64,000 nt of DNA from Octopus sinensis (GCF_006345805.1 NC_042999.1:10168001-10232000); one strand, 5' to 3'; positions 26,019 to 38,766 are shown, numbered from the stretch's first letter. The notes: a model not told the origin generated them from the sequence alone. Program-made: numbers and translations.

Positions 26019-26532
26019 CTGAGGAAAGGAAAGAGAAGAAGAAAAAAAGAACAATACTATTAGCACGTCATCATCATCATCATCATACAATCATGACTAC
26101 GATCAATAATGTACGTCGTACATACATTCTTACATGCATACATGTATATATATATTTACGTGTCTGTGTTACAGTACTATATCACATATACAAAAACACC
26201 CATACCAACACTCCAATATACCTCTATCATCAGCCTGCACACGGATATCATTATGGTTTCGACACCTGGACAGTGGATTTCAATCAGGCTGTGTCAACAG
26301 CACTAAAAGAAGTGTGGTTTGGGAACAAACGTACCTAAGAAATCCCCACATTCGTTCAATCTTAATTATTGGAAGGATTAAACATTAACTTATTAAGCTA
26401 CAACAAGAAACATATTTACCGTTTTGTACAACAAAATCGGTAAATAAATTCAATAACCAACTCCTAAATTATATAACTATTATAACCTAAATTATATAAC
26501 TAAACAGCGCCCAATCCTTTATATCTATATGC

Positions 26533-26589
<57 letters not shown>

Positions 26590-26595
<6 letters not shown>

Positions 26596-26789
26596 GATAG
26601 ATCGTTAGCTCCTACACGCATTTTTTTCTCTCCTTGTTTCTTTTCTGTGTCCCTTTCTGTAGAAGAGCGTAGGCTCGAAACGTAAAAGACTTTTTCTATT
26701 TCTATTCCTGAGCGCTAAACTAAAACATTTGTTTGTTTGTACTCCACCTGCCTTCGTCTTTTGTTTATTTTCGTAAACTTTCCCTTTAT

Positions 26790-26860
<71 letters not shown>

Positions 26861-27044
26861 AGATCGTTAGCTCCTACACGCATTTTTTTCTCTCCTTGTT
26901 TCTTTTCTGTGTCCCTTTCTGTAAAAGAGCGTAGGCTCGAAACGTAAAAGACTTTTTCTATTTCTATTCCTGAGCGCTAAACTAAAACATTTGTTTGTTT
27001 GTACTCCACCTGCCTCGTCTTTTGTTTATTTTCGTAAACTTTCC

Positions 27045-27050
<6 letters not shown>
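26590..27050 (+). repeat. Two tandem ~200-bp units separated by (TA)n, each with a hammerhead-like motif (PLE pLTR or retrozyme-like)
   Basis: 26595-26790 and 26857-27050 are near-identical and bracketed by TA arrays. Confidence 0.85.
26653..26688 (+). ncRNA. Minimal type I hammerhead ribozyme variant; second, further mutated copy at 26915-26950
   Basis: CTTT-CTGTAGA-A-GAGC(GTAG)GCTC-GAA-ACGT-A-AAAG: stem I CTTT/AAAG, stem II GAGC/GCTC, palindromic stem III ACGT. The core deviates from CUGANGA. Confidence 0.6.
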
Positions 27051-27111
<61 letters not shown>

Positions 27112-28789
27112 ATATATATAAAGAAATATTCACATTAATTAAATTTATTTACAATTCCTTTACCGGTTTCATCATTTTATTACTTTCAAAAATAGTGTCG
27201 TTACATGGCGAGCCTTGGGGCTATATTGTGTTCATTTGGACTAAGTTTTCTGCGAGCGTTTATCACAGATGGCTTGTTCGCCAGTTCTTCATATTTGGTT
27301 GACGGTATTAAATGTGAAAGTAAGCTGACTCAGGTTACACTTGGTTGATTTCCGTTTCTTTGCTTGATCTAGAGATTCTAGAATTGATTTAAATCAAGGA
27401 TGGACAACTTTGATTGGTTAGTACGCTCGTGACGTCACCAAATGAATTTGGGGAATCTAATTCGCTTCTAATTTGGTATTTCTAATTTGAAGATATCGTC
27501 TCGATGACGTTGTCACCAAAACGGTCGTTGTATAGAGGCCGTCATTTGATGACTGCATCCAATCAAAAATCTAAATCTGAGATGTGAAGTGAATTCCACC
27601 AGATCCACGCGTAGTCTTGATTTCAGCACTACAAAGTAACGAAGCACTTGTGAATTTTAGAGTGCTCCCGCTGTCTACACGTACTCTTATGCAATTACTT
27701 TTATCAGCTCACTCCTCAGCACTCTAAGAAATATATTACTGGGCCTTATTTTAACCATTCATGCGTAATTTAAACCCAGCGCAGTGAAGCACCGCACTAG
27801 ATACCTTAAATCAATTTCATCCATATCTTTAACATCACGATCATATCTGCCCTTTTAGCACCGCTAGCAAACCGAATCAATATATATATGAATGGACGAT
27901 GCATTGAACAACTGGTTAATTCTCAATGGAAGCCATTTCAATTTAATACCCTGGGGAAGGCATGAGCGTTACAACATTCCATACTTTGCTTTTCTCTAAT
28001 AAAGAAGGCCTTTGTGCTGAGTCAAAAGAAATCGTTATAAGTAAAATTAATAAAACATTTATTTCTTCTTAGATTTCTTCAGTCAACTCAATAAAATATG
28101 TTGTTTTTTTTCTTCTTTTGTGATGCATTTATACTCGACGTTGTCATGCAGCGGGAATTAATCCTGTGAATTATTAATTCACATCAAATTGTTGATTTGG
28201 AAAACTTATTCTAGAGGAAATGGATGGATTTTTTAATAAATATCTATACTATGATAAAATATGGAAACAAAAACTAAAAAAACCGAAAGACGATAATAAT
28301 CTACCTTCCTCCATCTAATTAGTTGGTCTAAATATAAACGTCTAAATATTTATATGGATTCTTTTCAGAACCAGCAGAACAGCCTTCATTTTGAGATCGT
28401 TTTGTCATTTCTAAATAAATCTCGAATTGAGGCTGGTTGCTATAAGGTTCAGTGTCTCCAGGACAAGAGTTCTAATCTGCGTATAAGGTTTTTTTTCTAC
28501 TTCGACGGGCCCATAAAATATTTGATAGTAATATACCCAGGAAAAGAAACATCGGTAATGCGGAAAAGAAGAACTTCTTGGAAGTATTTGTTGGAAGCGA
28601 TTGGGCCTTTCTTTTGAAATTGTTGCTCTTCTGCCAAAACTTAAAACAATTTTATTCGTCAATTCTAATACGCGCTAGATAACATCTACACAAACCAAAT
28701 CCATAAATACAGGTTCGATCCTTGCTTAAATTACTTCACTTCAGTTGCAACTTGTTTATAATTTCTTTATATTTCTTGTCTTTTACTTT

Positions 28790-28980
28790 TAACTTGCTTC
28801 AGTTATTAGACTGTGGCCATGCTGGGGCACCGCATGAAAGGTTTTAGTCGAACGAATCGACCCCTGTACGTATTTTTTAAAGCTTGGTACTTGTTCTGTT
28901 GGTCTTTTGAAGAATTATTAAGTTACGGGGATGTAAACACACCCGCACCGGTTGTAAAGCGGTGGAGGAGGGAGCAAACG
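28790..28980 (-). mobile_element. SINE family B, 3' part, degenerate
   Basis: TGTGGCCATGCTGG.GCACCGC...AAGTTACGGGGATGTAAACAC is the reverse complement of the family B tail. Confidence 0.75.
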
Positions 28981-29472
28981 CACACACACATAATATACAC
29001 AGTAAAGAGTACATTAATTTATATATAATCAAATTAATTTAATCTAATTCAATTCAATCATGAATTTTTATATCCCTCTCTGTACGAAACGATCGTCTGC
29101 ATGAATTAAAATTAAAATTCTCTTATATATTTTAACAACTTGTCTTCTCTATTATTAATTAAATTGATGAATCTTATTGGACTTTTTTCCATAAATTCAC
29201 CATACATTATTTACAAGTATAACATTCACATCTTCGCATATTTACGCCTGTAAACTACCAGCAAAACATGAAGAATCAACATTCGACATCTTTTTTAGAA
29301 ACCTCCAAATTAAAGGACGAATCTGCATTCAACCTTTTTACACCTATATATTTATATATATATATCCTTTAAATTTGTTTACAGGAAACGTCTTGTATAT
29401 TTAAATGAAGACTGGCCGAGATAATGGAAGATGAGCTTCAATTGCATATACAAAATGGTTCCTGTAAACAAA

Positions 29473-29860
29473 TCTTTATATATAAAAGAGAGGTTGTGTG
29501 CTGTCTATCTCCTACGATTTAGATTCCTAACTACTCCCACATTTTGCGGTGCAGTTTAACCAAAACCGGGTATCTTATAGTCGTGATTCATATCGAGCCC
29601 TTCTGGGTATTAGCACGCGTCTACGATGAGTCTACGATTTAAAAAAAGATTTACCATCATTTTTTTCCATTTTAATGCATTTTTTCGCTATTATATAAGG
29701 GAAGTAACTCTCTAAAAATGTCTACGATGAGTCAACGATTAAAAAAAAGTTTACCATCATTTTTTTCCATTTTTAATGCATTTTTTGGCTATAACTCTCT
29801 AAAAATGCTTATATAGTTATTTCCCTTACAAACCCGAGCAACGCCGGGCGATACTGCTAG
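29473..29860 (+). mobile_element. Non-autonomous Helitron
   Basis: A|TC 5' end (TCTTTATATATAAAAG), subterminal hairpin CCCG-AGCAACGC-CGGG, 3' CTAG|T, no TSD. Homologous to 62139-62492. Confidence 0.88.
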
Positions 29861-29871
29861 TTTAAAATATA

Positions 29872-30250
29872 TTCTTTTATTCTTTTATTTGTTTCAGTCA
29901 TTTGACTGCGGCTATACTGGAGCAACGACTCTAGTCGAGTAAATCAACCCCAGGACTTATTCTTTGTAAGCCTAGTACTTATTCTATCGGTCTCTTTTGT
30001 CAGACCACTAAGTTACGGGGGACGTAAACACACCAGCATCGGTTATCAAGCGATGCTGGGGGACGAACTCACAAATACACACACACACACACATATATAT
30101 ATACGATGGGCTTCTTTCAGTTTCCATCTACCAAATCCACTCACAAGGCTTTGGTCGGCCCGAGGCTATTGTAGAAGGCACTTGCCCAAGGTGCCACGCG
30201 GTGCGACTGAACCCGGAACCATGTGGTTGGTTAGCAAGCTACGTACCACG
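29872..30250 (-). mobile_element. SINE family B, near full length
   Basis: Reverse complement is collinear with 43289-43690, including the internal TA/TG microsatellite. Confidence 0.9.
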
Positions 30251-30400
30251 TTTATATATAATTAATAAAAAGAAAACAAGAAAAAAGCAACGCGAGGACG
30301 TGGTACATGCAAACTATTAATAAGACGCTAAGGGAAGGAAAGAAAGGGTGCTTAATGTTTCGAGCAAAGCTCTTCTTGAGAGACAGAAGACAGAGGAAAG
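30250..30400 (-). mobile_element. PLE pLTR/retrozyme-like unit with degenerate hammerhead motif; duplicated at ~31774-31924
   Basis: Minus strand CTCAAGAA-GAGC(TTT)GCTC-GAAACATT and CCACGTCCTCGCGTTGC are shared with the 60816-61070 unit. Confidence 0.6.
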
Positions 30401-30662
30401 TCCAAAAAGAAAAGGAAGACGAAGGAAGAAAGAGAGTGGAAGTAGAAGAGAAGGTAGGTGGAGGGAAGAGGAGTTAAAGAGGAAGAGTCACGGACAAATT
30501 GTAATGATTCACAATCAAGGTGCAGAAATGGTGTGTTCCGAATGAATAAGGTAATGCAATCCGATGGTAGAAAGAATTCCGCAAATTAGGTAATCCAAAG
30601 TCAGTCGGAAGGCCGGGGGTTCGAGTGATCGTGCAGTAAATAGTTAATCCAAAAACGGAGAA

Positions 30663-30693
<31 letters not shown>

Positions 30694-30769
30694 CGATGGG
30701 CTTCTTTTAGTTTCCGTCAACCAAATCCACTCATAAGTCAGTCCGATACTATAGTAGAAGTATAATGAA

Positions 30770-31001
30770 GGCGGCGAGCTGGCAGAAACGTTAGCGCGCC
30801 GGGCAAAATGCGTCGCCGTATTTCGTCTGCCGTTACGTTCTGAGTTCAAATTCCGCCGAGGCCGACTTTGCCTTTCATCCTTACGGGCTCGATTAAATAA
30901 GTATCAGTTACGCACTGGGTATCGATATAATCGACTTAATACCTATGTCTGTCCTTGTTTGTCCCCTCTATGTTTGGCCCCTTGTGGGCAATAAAGAAAC
31001 A
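30770..31001 (+). mobile_element. SINE family A nested in an oppositely oriented family B copy (30690-31085); duplicated at 32286-32517
   Basis: 16-bp TSD GATACTATAGTAGAAG at 30745-30760 and 31002-31017; family B sequence resumes after it. Confidence 0.92.
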
Positions 31002-33050
31002 GATACTATAGTAGAAGGTGCCACGCTGTGGGACTGAACCCGGAACTACGTGGTTGGGAAGTTCTTACCACGCAGCTACACCTGTTGTTGTTTGACCCCA
31101 GGTCGGTCCTGACTGAACAAGACTATAGTTAAGCCCATTCCACCTGCAACCATCTCGACATTTTCTTAACACATAGATTATCCTAGAACTACATTTTTAT
31201 TAATGTATCTTTCTTTTTAAGATAACGGTATAATTCCTTTTTAATGTGGCTGCTATTTCTAGCACAGTGATTGACCATGTAAAAACTCTTTCATTGGCTC
31301 CAGTTCCTCGCAGTAATATACGATAGATAATTACTGAAGTTATGGTAATTTTATTACTAAATATGATAACATGACATTCGCAAATTATGGGAAATGATAT
31401 AATTTAAACTCTCGACAAGTCATAAGTTTCTTGTATTGATCTCTGATAATTATTCCGAACGAAAAGCGGAATCAAAAAGAAAGTCTTATCTTTATATTCC
31501 TCGCATAGTTTCGTGTGTGCCTCTGTGTGTATGTGTGTGCGTGTGTGTGTGTGTGTGTGTGTTGTGTGTGTGTGTGGTGTGTGTGTGTGTGTGTGTGTAT
31601 TACACACAATAACACACATATATATTACGATGGGCTTCTTTCAGTTTCCATCTACCAAATCCACTCACAAGGCTTTGGTCGGCCCGAGGCTATTGTAGAA
31701 GGCACTTGCCCAAGGTGCCACGCGGTGCGACTGAACCCGGAACCATGTGGTTGGTTAGCAAGCTACGTACCACGTTTATATATAATTAATAAAAAGAAAA
31801 CAAGAAAAAAGCAACGCGAGGACGTGGTACATGCAAACTATTAATAAGACGCTAAGGGAAGGAAAGAAAGGGTGCTTAATGTTTCGAGCAAAGCTCTTCT
31901 TGAGAGACAGAAGACAGAGGAAAGTCCAAAAAGAAAAAGAAGACGAAGGAAGAAAGAGAGTGGAAGTAGAAGAGAAGGTAGGTGGAGGGAAGAGGAGTTA
32001 AAGAGGAAGAGTCACGGACAAATTGTAATGATTCACAATCAAGGTGCAGAAATGGTGTGTTCCGAATGAATAAGGTAATGCAATCCGATGGTAGAAAGAA
32101 TTCCGCAAATTAGGTAATCCAAAGTCAGTCGGAAGGCCGGGGGTTCGAGTGATCGTGCAGTAAATAGTTAATCCAAAAACGGAGAACAAAATATATATAT
32201 ATATATATACGATGGGCTTCTTTTAGTTTCCGTCAACCAAATCCACTCATAAGTCAGTCCGATACTATAGTAGAAGTATAATGAAGGCGGCGAGCTGGCA
32301 GAAACGTTAGCGCGCCGGGCAAAATGCGTCGCCGTATTTCGTCTGCCGTTACGTTCTGAGTTCAAATTCTGCCGAGGCCGACTTTGCCTTTCATCCTTAC
32401 GGGCTCGATTAAATAAGTACCAGTTACGCACTGGGTATCGATATAATCGACTTAATACCTATGTCTGTCCTTGTTTGTCCCCTCTATGTTTGGCCCCTTG
32501 TGGGCAATAAAGAAACAGATACTATAGTAGAAGGTGCCACGCTGTGGGACTGAACCCGGAACTACGTGGTTGGGAAGTTCTTACCACGCAGCTACACCTG
32601 TTGTTGTTTGACCCCAGGTCGGTCCTGACTGAACAAGACTATAGTTAAGCCCATTCCACCTGCAACCATCTCGACATTTTCTTAACACATAGATTATCCT
32701 AGAACTACATTTTTATTAATGTATCTTTCTTTTTAAGATAACGGTATAATTCCTTTTTAATGTGGCTGCTATTTCTAGCACAGTGATTGACCATGTAAAA
32801 ACTCTTTCATTGGCTCCAGTTCCTCGCAGTAATATACGATAGATAATTACTGAAGTTATGGTAATTTTATTACTAAATATGATAACATGACATTCGCAAA
32901 TTATGGGAAATGATATAATTTAAACTCTCGACAAGTCATAAGTTTCTTGTATTGATCTCTGATAATTATTCCGAACGAAAAGCGGAATCAAAAAGAAAGT
33001 CTTATCTTTATATGTCCTCGCATAGTTTCGTGTGTGCCTCTGTGTGTATG

Positions 33051-33129
<79 letters not shown>

Positions 33130-33593
33130 TACACACAATAACACATATATATTACGTTTTGTAGTCAGACAAATAAACAGATAGATAGATGGATGGATGG
33201 ATGGATAGATAGATAGATAGATATGTGTATACATCCAATATATATATATATGCATGTGTGTGTGTGTGTGAGTGTGTGTGTGTGTAAGTATGCACGTTAT
33301 GCACACATATACCTATAGATATATATGTATACATATATGCATTGCATACATAAATTACATAGGCACAAACATGCATATGCAGACATACATACACACGTAC
33401 ATAAACATATATACGCACATACATACACCCATATATACAAACATAGATATACATGCATACATATACATACATGCATACATAAATACATATACACACACAT
33501 ACATACACACAAGCACACACACATACACATACATACATACATACATACACACGCACGCACATACACCACACACACACACACACACACCACACA

Positions 33594-33624
<31 letters not shown>

Positions 33625-34118
33625 CACAAGCGATACCCCATCCAGCCAAAATGCTGTTAAGACAAAACTGGGAAATAAAAAGACGGAAGGACCAAAGTCT
33701 TTTCCTTCCTTGAAAAACCCAAGAAAAAGAAAACCTTCAAACATTTTCCCCCATAAATTCTATTCGCTGCCGCTGCCAAGTCTGGCAACGGTTTACAAAT
33801 AATCCATGAAAAAGTTCAGAGAATCAGCAGACTTGTGCTTCCATTCCATTCTGTCAGTTACAGAAATGTTGCTTCGTAAGCAGTTTGCCAAAAAGAAAAA
33901 AAGAAAAAAAAAAAAATAAAAGGAAAAAGCAGTTTAGGCAAAAACGTGGATTAATCGCAGGAAAATAAGATTAGATTGGAAACCGAAAGAAATGGTTTTC
34001 CTTCGTTTCTGGTGTCTAATGTTGTTTTATGCTGTTTCCATCATAAACAATTTATGATTCCAGCAATTGGATAAACTTATTTTCCTTGGCTTCAATATTG
34101 AACTAATCAGGTTTGAAT

Positions 34119-34126
34119 TCATCATC

Positions 34127-34160
<34 letters not shown>

Positions 34161-34330
34161 CCACCACCACCACCATCATTATTTGTATTCCCCATGGTTC
34201 CATCGTCGTCATCGTCATCATCATCTTCATCGTCTCCATCACCATCACCATCACCATCACTATTTGTATCCTCCGCGGTATCATCGTCATCATCATCATC
34301 ATCATTCCCATTATCATCATCATCGTCATT
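34119..34330. repeat. (CAT)n/(CAC)n degenerate trinucleotide array
   Basis: Direct reading; source of the poly-D/G, poly-S and poly-H ORFs. Confidence 0.92.
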
Positions 34331-34537
34331 TGACCTATTTTCAAATCGTTCTCCAAAACACAGGATTTTCCCATGTGCAACTGCATGGGATAATAATTGA
34401 GTTATTTTCTCATGGAAAGAACCATCGGAAAATTTTTGAAGTCTTCCCTTAAAGGATTCAGGTGAGAAACAAGGTTTTTTGTTCAACAAATCTGTTTTTG
34501 GCTTCTTTTTTTTGTTTTTATATTCTTTGTTATTTAC

Positions 34538-34655
34538 CTCCAGAGAGAAAATTGCTCGGAGGAATAACAGACGCGCCCTCTCCCCACCCGGCTCCAGAAG
34601 AAAATACTGAAGCTGCCCACATGCAAAGGGAACAAAATGCGAAGACATATTCCAT
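34538..34655 (-). CDS. Candidate first coding exon with signal-peptide-like N-terminus
   Basis: GCC-ATG-G context; MEYVFAFCSLCMWAASVFSSGAGWGEGASVIPPSNFLSG then G|GTAAAT (phase 1, compatible with the Ig exon). No homology support. Confidence 0.25.
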
Positions 34656-35316
34656 GGCAAGGCAGGCATGCTTAAAAGGCAAATGACATTTTATTTATAT
34701 CGATTATGACAATAATCAAACTTTTTGACAACAACAATAGCAGCAATACACACACACGGACACACACACACTTTGTCAAGAGAAAATAACGACAGAAATT
34801 TGAACAGAGCATTGCTCAAATGCACGCATAACTTCTAACAGGCCCGCAAAGGGCATATAGGCTCCAAAGGTCCATATAAACCCTGGGGGTGGTCTATATA
34901 AGATTTTGTTGTTAAAATTTACGAGCAGCAAATTGGTCCGACTTCTACAAATACTCAGAATATTTTGATGAGTAATTTGTGCAATTTCTTATGATATTTA
35001 ATTATAAAAATCTAATGGTATTTTCTTAAACATCGAATGGTTTTGAGGGTCGACCAGAGTAACACTGGAATTAAACGGGCCCAAAGGTAAAGGTCGTTCA
35101 GAACCACAGATTTAAACGGTAGAAAAACCGAATGTAACAAAAAGAGGCGCTTTTCTACTCGAAGCGTCCATGTAAGAGAGCGAGAGAGAAGCAGTCGGAA
35201 CTTTGCGCCGCCGTTCACAATACAATCATACGTATGAGATCTTATATATCGAACTTAGGTAAGCATACAGCACTATATATATATATGTAAAATAATATGT
35301 GACAATTATTCAATAA

Positions 35317-35384
35317 CCAAGATAAAACTCTGAGTTTCGGATGCCGAGGAGGAAATCTACAACACCATCTCTTCGGTTATCTGG
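35317..35384 (-). ncRNA. Type I hammerhead ribozyme variant (U4-to-C core)
   Basis: AGATAA-CCGAAGA-GATG...CATC-C-GAA-ACTC(A)GAGT-T-TTATCT: 6-bp stem I, stem II GATG/CATC, quasi-palindromic stem III. Lies in a ~180-bp unit between (TA)n arrays. Confidence 0.6.
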
Positions 35385-35473
35385 CCATCTCCTCTATTTC
35401 GTCTATTTACATAATATTGAGGTCTCTTTCTTTCTTTTGTTATCTTACCGTTTTTGCCAATATATATATATAC

Positions 35474-35524
<51 letters not shown>

Positions 35525-35537
<13 letters not shown>

Positions 35538-35911
35538 CTGAAGTTGTCTGTGTATGGCAGGTTTCGTAGCCTTCAACTAACACTATCTTCTCCGAAACCC
35601 TGCGGCGCAAGTTGACCAAAATTGAGAGTATGATAAAAGAAGGCTTGTTCTTCCTTCCATGGAAGAAAAAATTCAAATCGGACCATGTTAACACCCAAAA
35701 TTATTTACATCAAAAAGGTGCCTTTTTTCTATGAAAATCCCCATTTTTTACGATTTTTGACTGGTGTGTCGCCATTTTTCGGTGTATTTCAACCAGAAAA
35801 ATGTTCACTTAAAGAGAATAACAAGCTACATAATGCAAAATTTTTACTTTTCAAAAATTCCAATTCTAAAGGGTCGGAACAAACCCGAGCAACGCCGGGC
35901 GATACTGCTAG
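35525..35911 (+). mobile_element. Non-autonomous Helitron of a second subfamily, within (TA)n
   Basis: The 3' terminal ACAAACCCGAGCAACGCCGGGCGATACTGCTAG|T is identical to the 29473 element; the internal sequence is different. Confidence 0.82.
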
Positions 35912-35999
35912 TATATATATATTAACTTAGAGATAAAACCACTATTAGGCAAATCAAAAATTTTTCCCTGTAAGTTTGGATTTATTCCCTAATATTATT

Positions 36000-36008
36000 A
36001 TATATATA

Positions 36009-36040
<32 letters not shown>

Positions 36041-37220
36041 TGCTTTAAAAGTGAGGACGAAGCAGCAAAGAGATCAATAGGTGCTTCACACACCTAACCA
36101 TAGACTAATCTTGTCACGCATGAAATGTCTTTTGATCAAATTTCTTCTCGATCTGGACCGATCTGGGGATGAAATACAACAACGTAGATAGGAAACGGAT
36201 TTACGGAATAGAAGATAAAACAACGTGTTTAATACGAGTTTCTCTCTTTAAATGTGAAATCTTCCGCAGCCGAGCCGTCCATGTTTTACCCTCGATTACC
36301 GGATCATAAAGAAGAAAATCGACCACCAAAAGATTACTGCATAGATTTGTGGTGTTTGGTAGTGATCGCTTTTATTTAGAAAAGTGTAGGATATTATGAA
36401 CAAATCTTCAATTTAAAAGTGGCGCTCCGTCGGATACGACGATGTGGGTTCCAGTAGTGGACCCAATCAACGGAACAGCCTGCTCATGAAATTAATGTGT
36501 AAGTGGCTGAGCACTCCACAGACACGCGTGCCCTTAACGTATTTCTCAGGGAGATTCAGTGTGACACAGAGTGTGACAAAGCCAGCCCTTTGAAATACGG
36601 GTACGACACTTTTTTGCCTGTTGAATGGATTGGAGCAGCGTGAAATAAAGTGTCTTGCTCAAGGACACAAAGCGCTGCCTGGAAACGAGCTCACGACCTT
36701 AAGACCGCCAGCTGAATACCCTAACCACTAAGCCACGAACTTCACAAATCTTCCGTTTAGAAAGACCTAGAAGAGGTCCTGGACCTCCTCAACGTATAAA
36801 TTATTGGATAGGGGCAGCGGGGGGGGACGTCTTGACGTCAGTGGGGGGGGGGGCAAAAGAATACCTAAATTAGCAGTGATGACAGCTACGTTGTCTAGCT
36901 CACACACACACACACACACGCCTTGTACGATCATATACATACACACACACACACACGTATGTGTGTGTCGGAAGCGTTTGAGAAATGTTGTCAGACTCGC
37001 ATCTTAATCTCGATTAATAAATCATATTAAATGGAGGAATTATATAAACTAGAAGAAAATTAGTTTTAGATATTTGACATCTGGCATGGAGCTGACAAAT
37101 AGGAAATAAAATAAAGGGAAATTCAAAGAAAATTAAAGAAATTAATACATGGAACACACATATATGTGTGTGTACTTCATTTTTGTATATGTATGTATAC
37201 GTGTGTGTAAGTATATATAT

Positions 37221-37255
<35 letters not shown>

Positions 37256-38464
37256 TGCTTTAAAAGTGAGGACGAAGCAGCAAAGAGATCAATAGGTGCT
37301 TCACACACCTAACCATAGACTAATCTTGTCACGCATGAAATGTCTTTTGATCAAATTTCTTCTCGATCTGGACCGATCTGGGGATGAAATACAACAACGT
37401 AGATAGGAAACGGATTTACGGAATAGAAGATAAAACAACGTGTTTAATACGAGTTTCTCTCTTTAAATGTGAAATCTTCCGCAGCCGAGCCGTCCATGTT
37501 TTACCCTCGATTACCGGATCATAAAGAAGAAAATCGACCACCAAAAGATTACTGCATAGATTTGTGGTGTTTGGTAGTGATCGCTTTTATTTAGAAAAGT
37601 GTAGGATATTATGAACAAATCTTCAATTTAAAAGTGGCGCTCCGTCGGATACGACGATGTGGGTTCCAGTAGTGGACCCAATCAACGGAACAGCCTGCTC
37701 ATGAAATTAATGTGTAAGTGGCTGAGCACTCCACAGACACGCGTGCCCTTAACGTATTTCTCAGGGAGATTCAGTGTGACACAGAGTGTGACAAAGCCAG
37801 CCCTTTGAAATACGGGTACGACACTTTTTTGCCTGTTGAATGGATTGGAGCAGCGTGAAATAAAGTGTCTTGCTCAAGGACACAAAGCGCTGCCTGGAAA
37901 CGAGCTCACGACCTTAAGACCGCCAGCTAAATACCCTAACCACTAAGCCACGAACTTCACAAATCTTCCGTTTAGAAAGACCTAGAAGAGGTCCTGGACC
38001 TCCTCAACGTATAAATTATTGGATAGGGGCAGCGGGGGGGGACGTCTTGACGTCAGTGGGGGGGGGGGCAAAAGAATACCTAAATTAGCAGTGATGACAG
38101 CTACGTTGTCTAGCTCACACACACACACACACACACGCCTTGTACGATCATATACATATACACACACACACACGCCTTGTACGATCATATACATATACAC
38201 ACACACACACGTATGTGTGTGTCGGAAGCGTTTGAGAAATGTTGTCAGACTCGCATCTTAATCTCGATTAATAAATCATATTAAATGGAGGAATTATATA
38301 AACTAGAAGAAAATTAGTTTTAGATATTTGACATCTGGCATGGAGCTGACAAATAGGAAATAAAATAAAGGGAAATTCAAAGAAAATTAAAGAAATTAAT
38401 ACATGGAACACACATATATGTGTGTGTACTTCATTTTTGTATATGTATGTATACGTGTGTGTAA

Positions 38465-38510
<46 letters not shown>
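36000..38510. repeat. Tandem duplication, two ~1.2-kb near-identical units bounded by (TA)n
   Basis: Paired ORFs are offset by 1215 (36767/37982, 36804/38019). The second unit has an extra ~38-bp internal repeat (CGCCTTGTACGATCATATACAT). Confidence 0.95.
36419..36745 (-). mobile_element. SINE family D; duplicated at ~37634-37960
   Basis: Minus-strand head GAAG.TCGTGGCTTAGTGGTTAGGG, CCTTGAGCAAGACACTTTA core, tail ...CGTCGTATCCGACGGAGCGCCAC. Confidence 0.85.
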
Positions 38511-38766
38511 CGAAAGTAAACTATCGCAGTGTCGTAGTGTTAAACATTTCCACGTGAAGATCTGATTTTGTTTACTTCTTCGCAGCATGTTTTGTAAATA
38601 GCTGAACGTGGAAACGATTGCGGCTGGTTTCTCTGTCAATCGTTTCAGAGCTGATCAACACAAATAAACAAACAAGGCTGTAATTGCCACAAAACTCTTT
38701 TGCAGATGACATCCGAGCATGTTTAGGCACGCGCGCGCGTGTGTGTGTGTGTGTGCCTACGTATAT

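Larger units (their letters stand above)
30090..33150. repeat. Tandem duplication, two ~1.52-kb near-identical units
   Basis: Paired ORFs are offset by 1524 (30348/31872, 30474/31998). Only a few substitutions and microsatellite length differences; junctions lie in (CA)/(TA) repeats. Confidence 0.95.

Noticed and set aside
28411-28662. Weak resemblance to a hAT transposase C-terminus (LETLNLIATSLNSRF)
   Set aside because: Only one short, loose match; not enough to call.
34103-34669. 188-aa acidic (poly-Asp/Gly) ORF
   Set aside because: The acidic half is a (GAT)/(GGT) microsatellite and the rest crosses A-rich intron-like sequence.
36810-36855. G-runs around a TGACGTCA CRE palindrome (also 38025-38070, and a CRE near 27430)
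   Set aside because: Short motif with no promoter context; the second copy is due to the tandem duplication.
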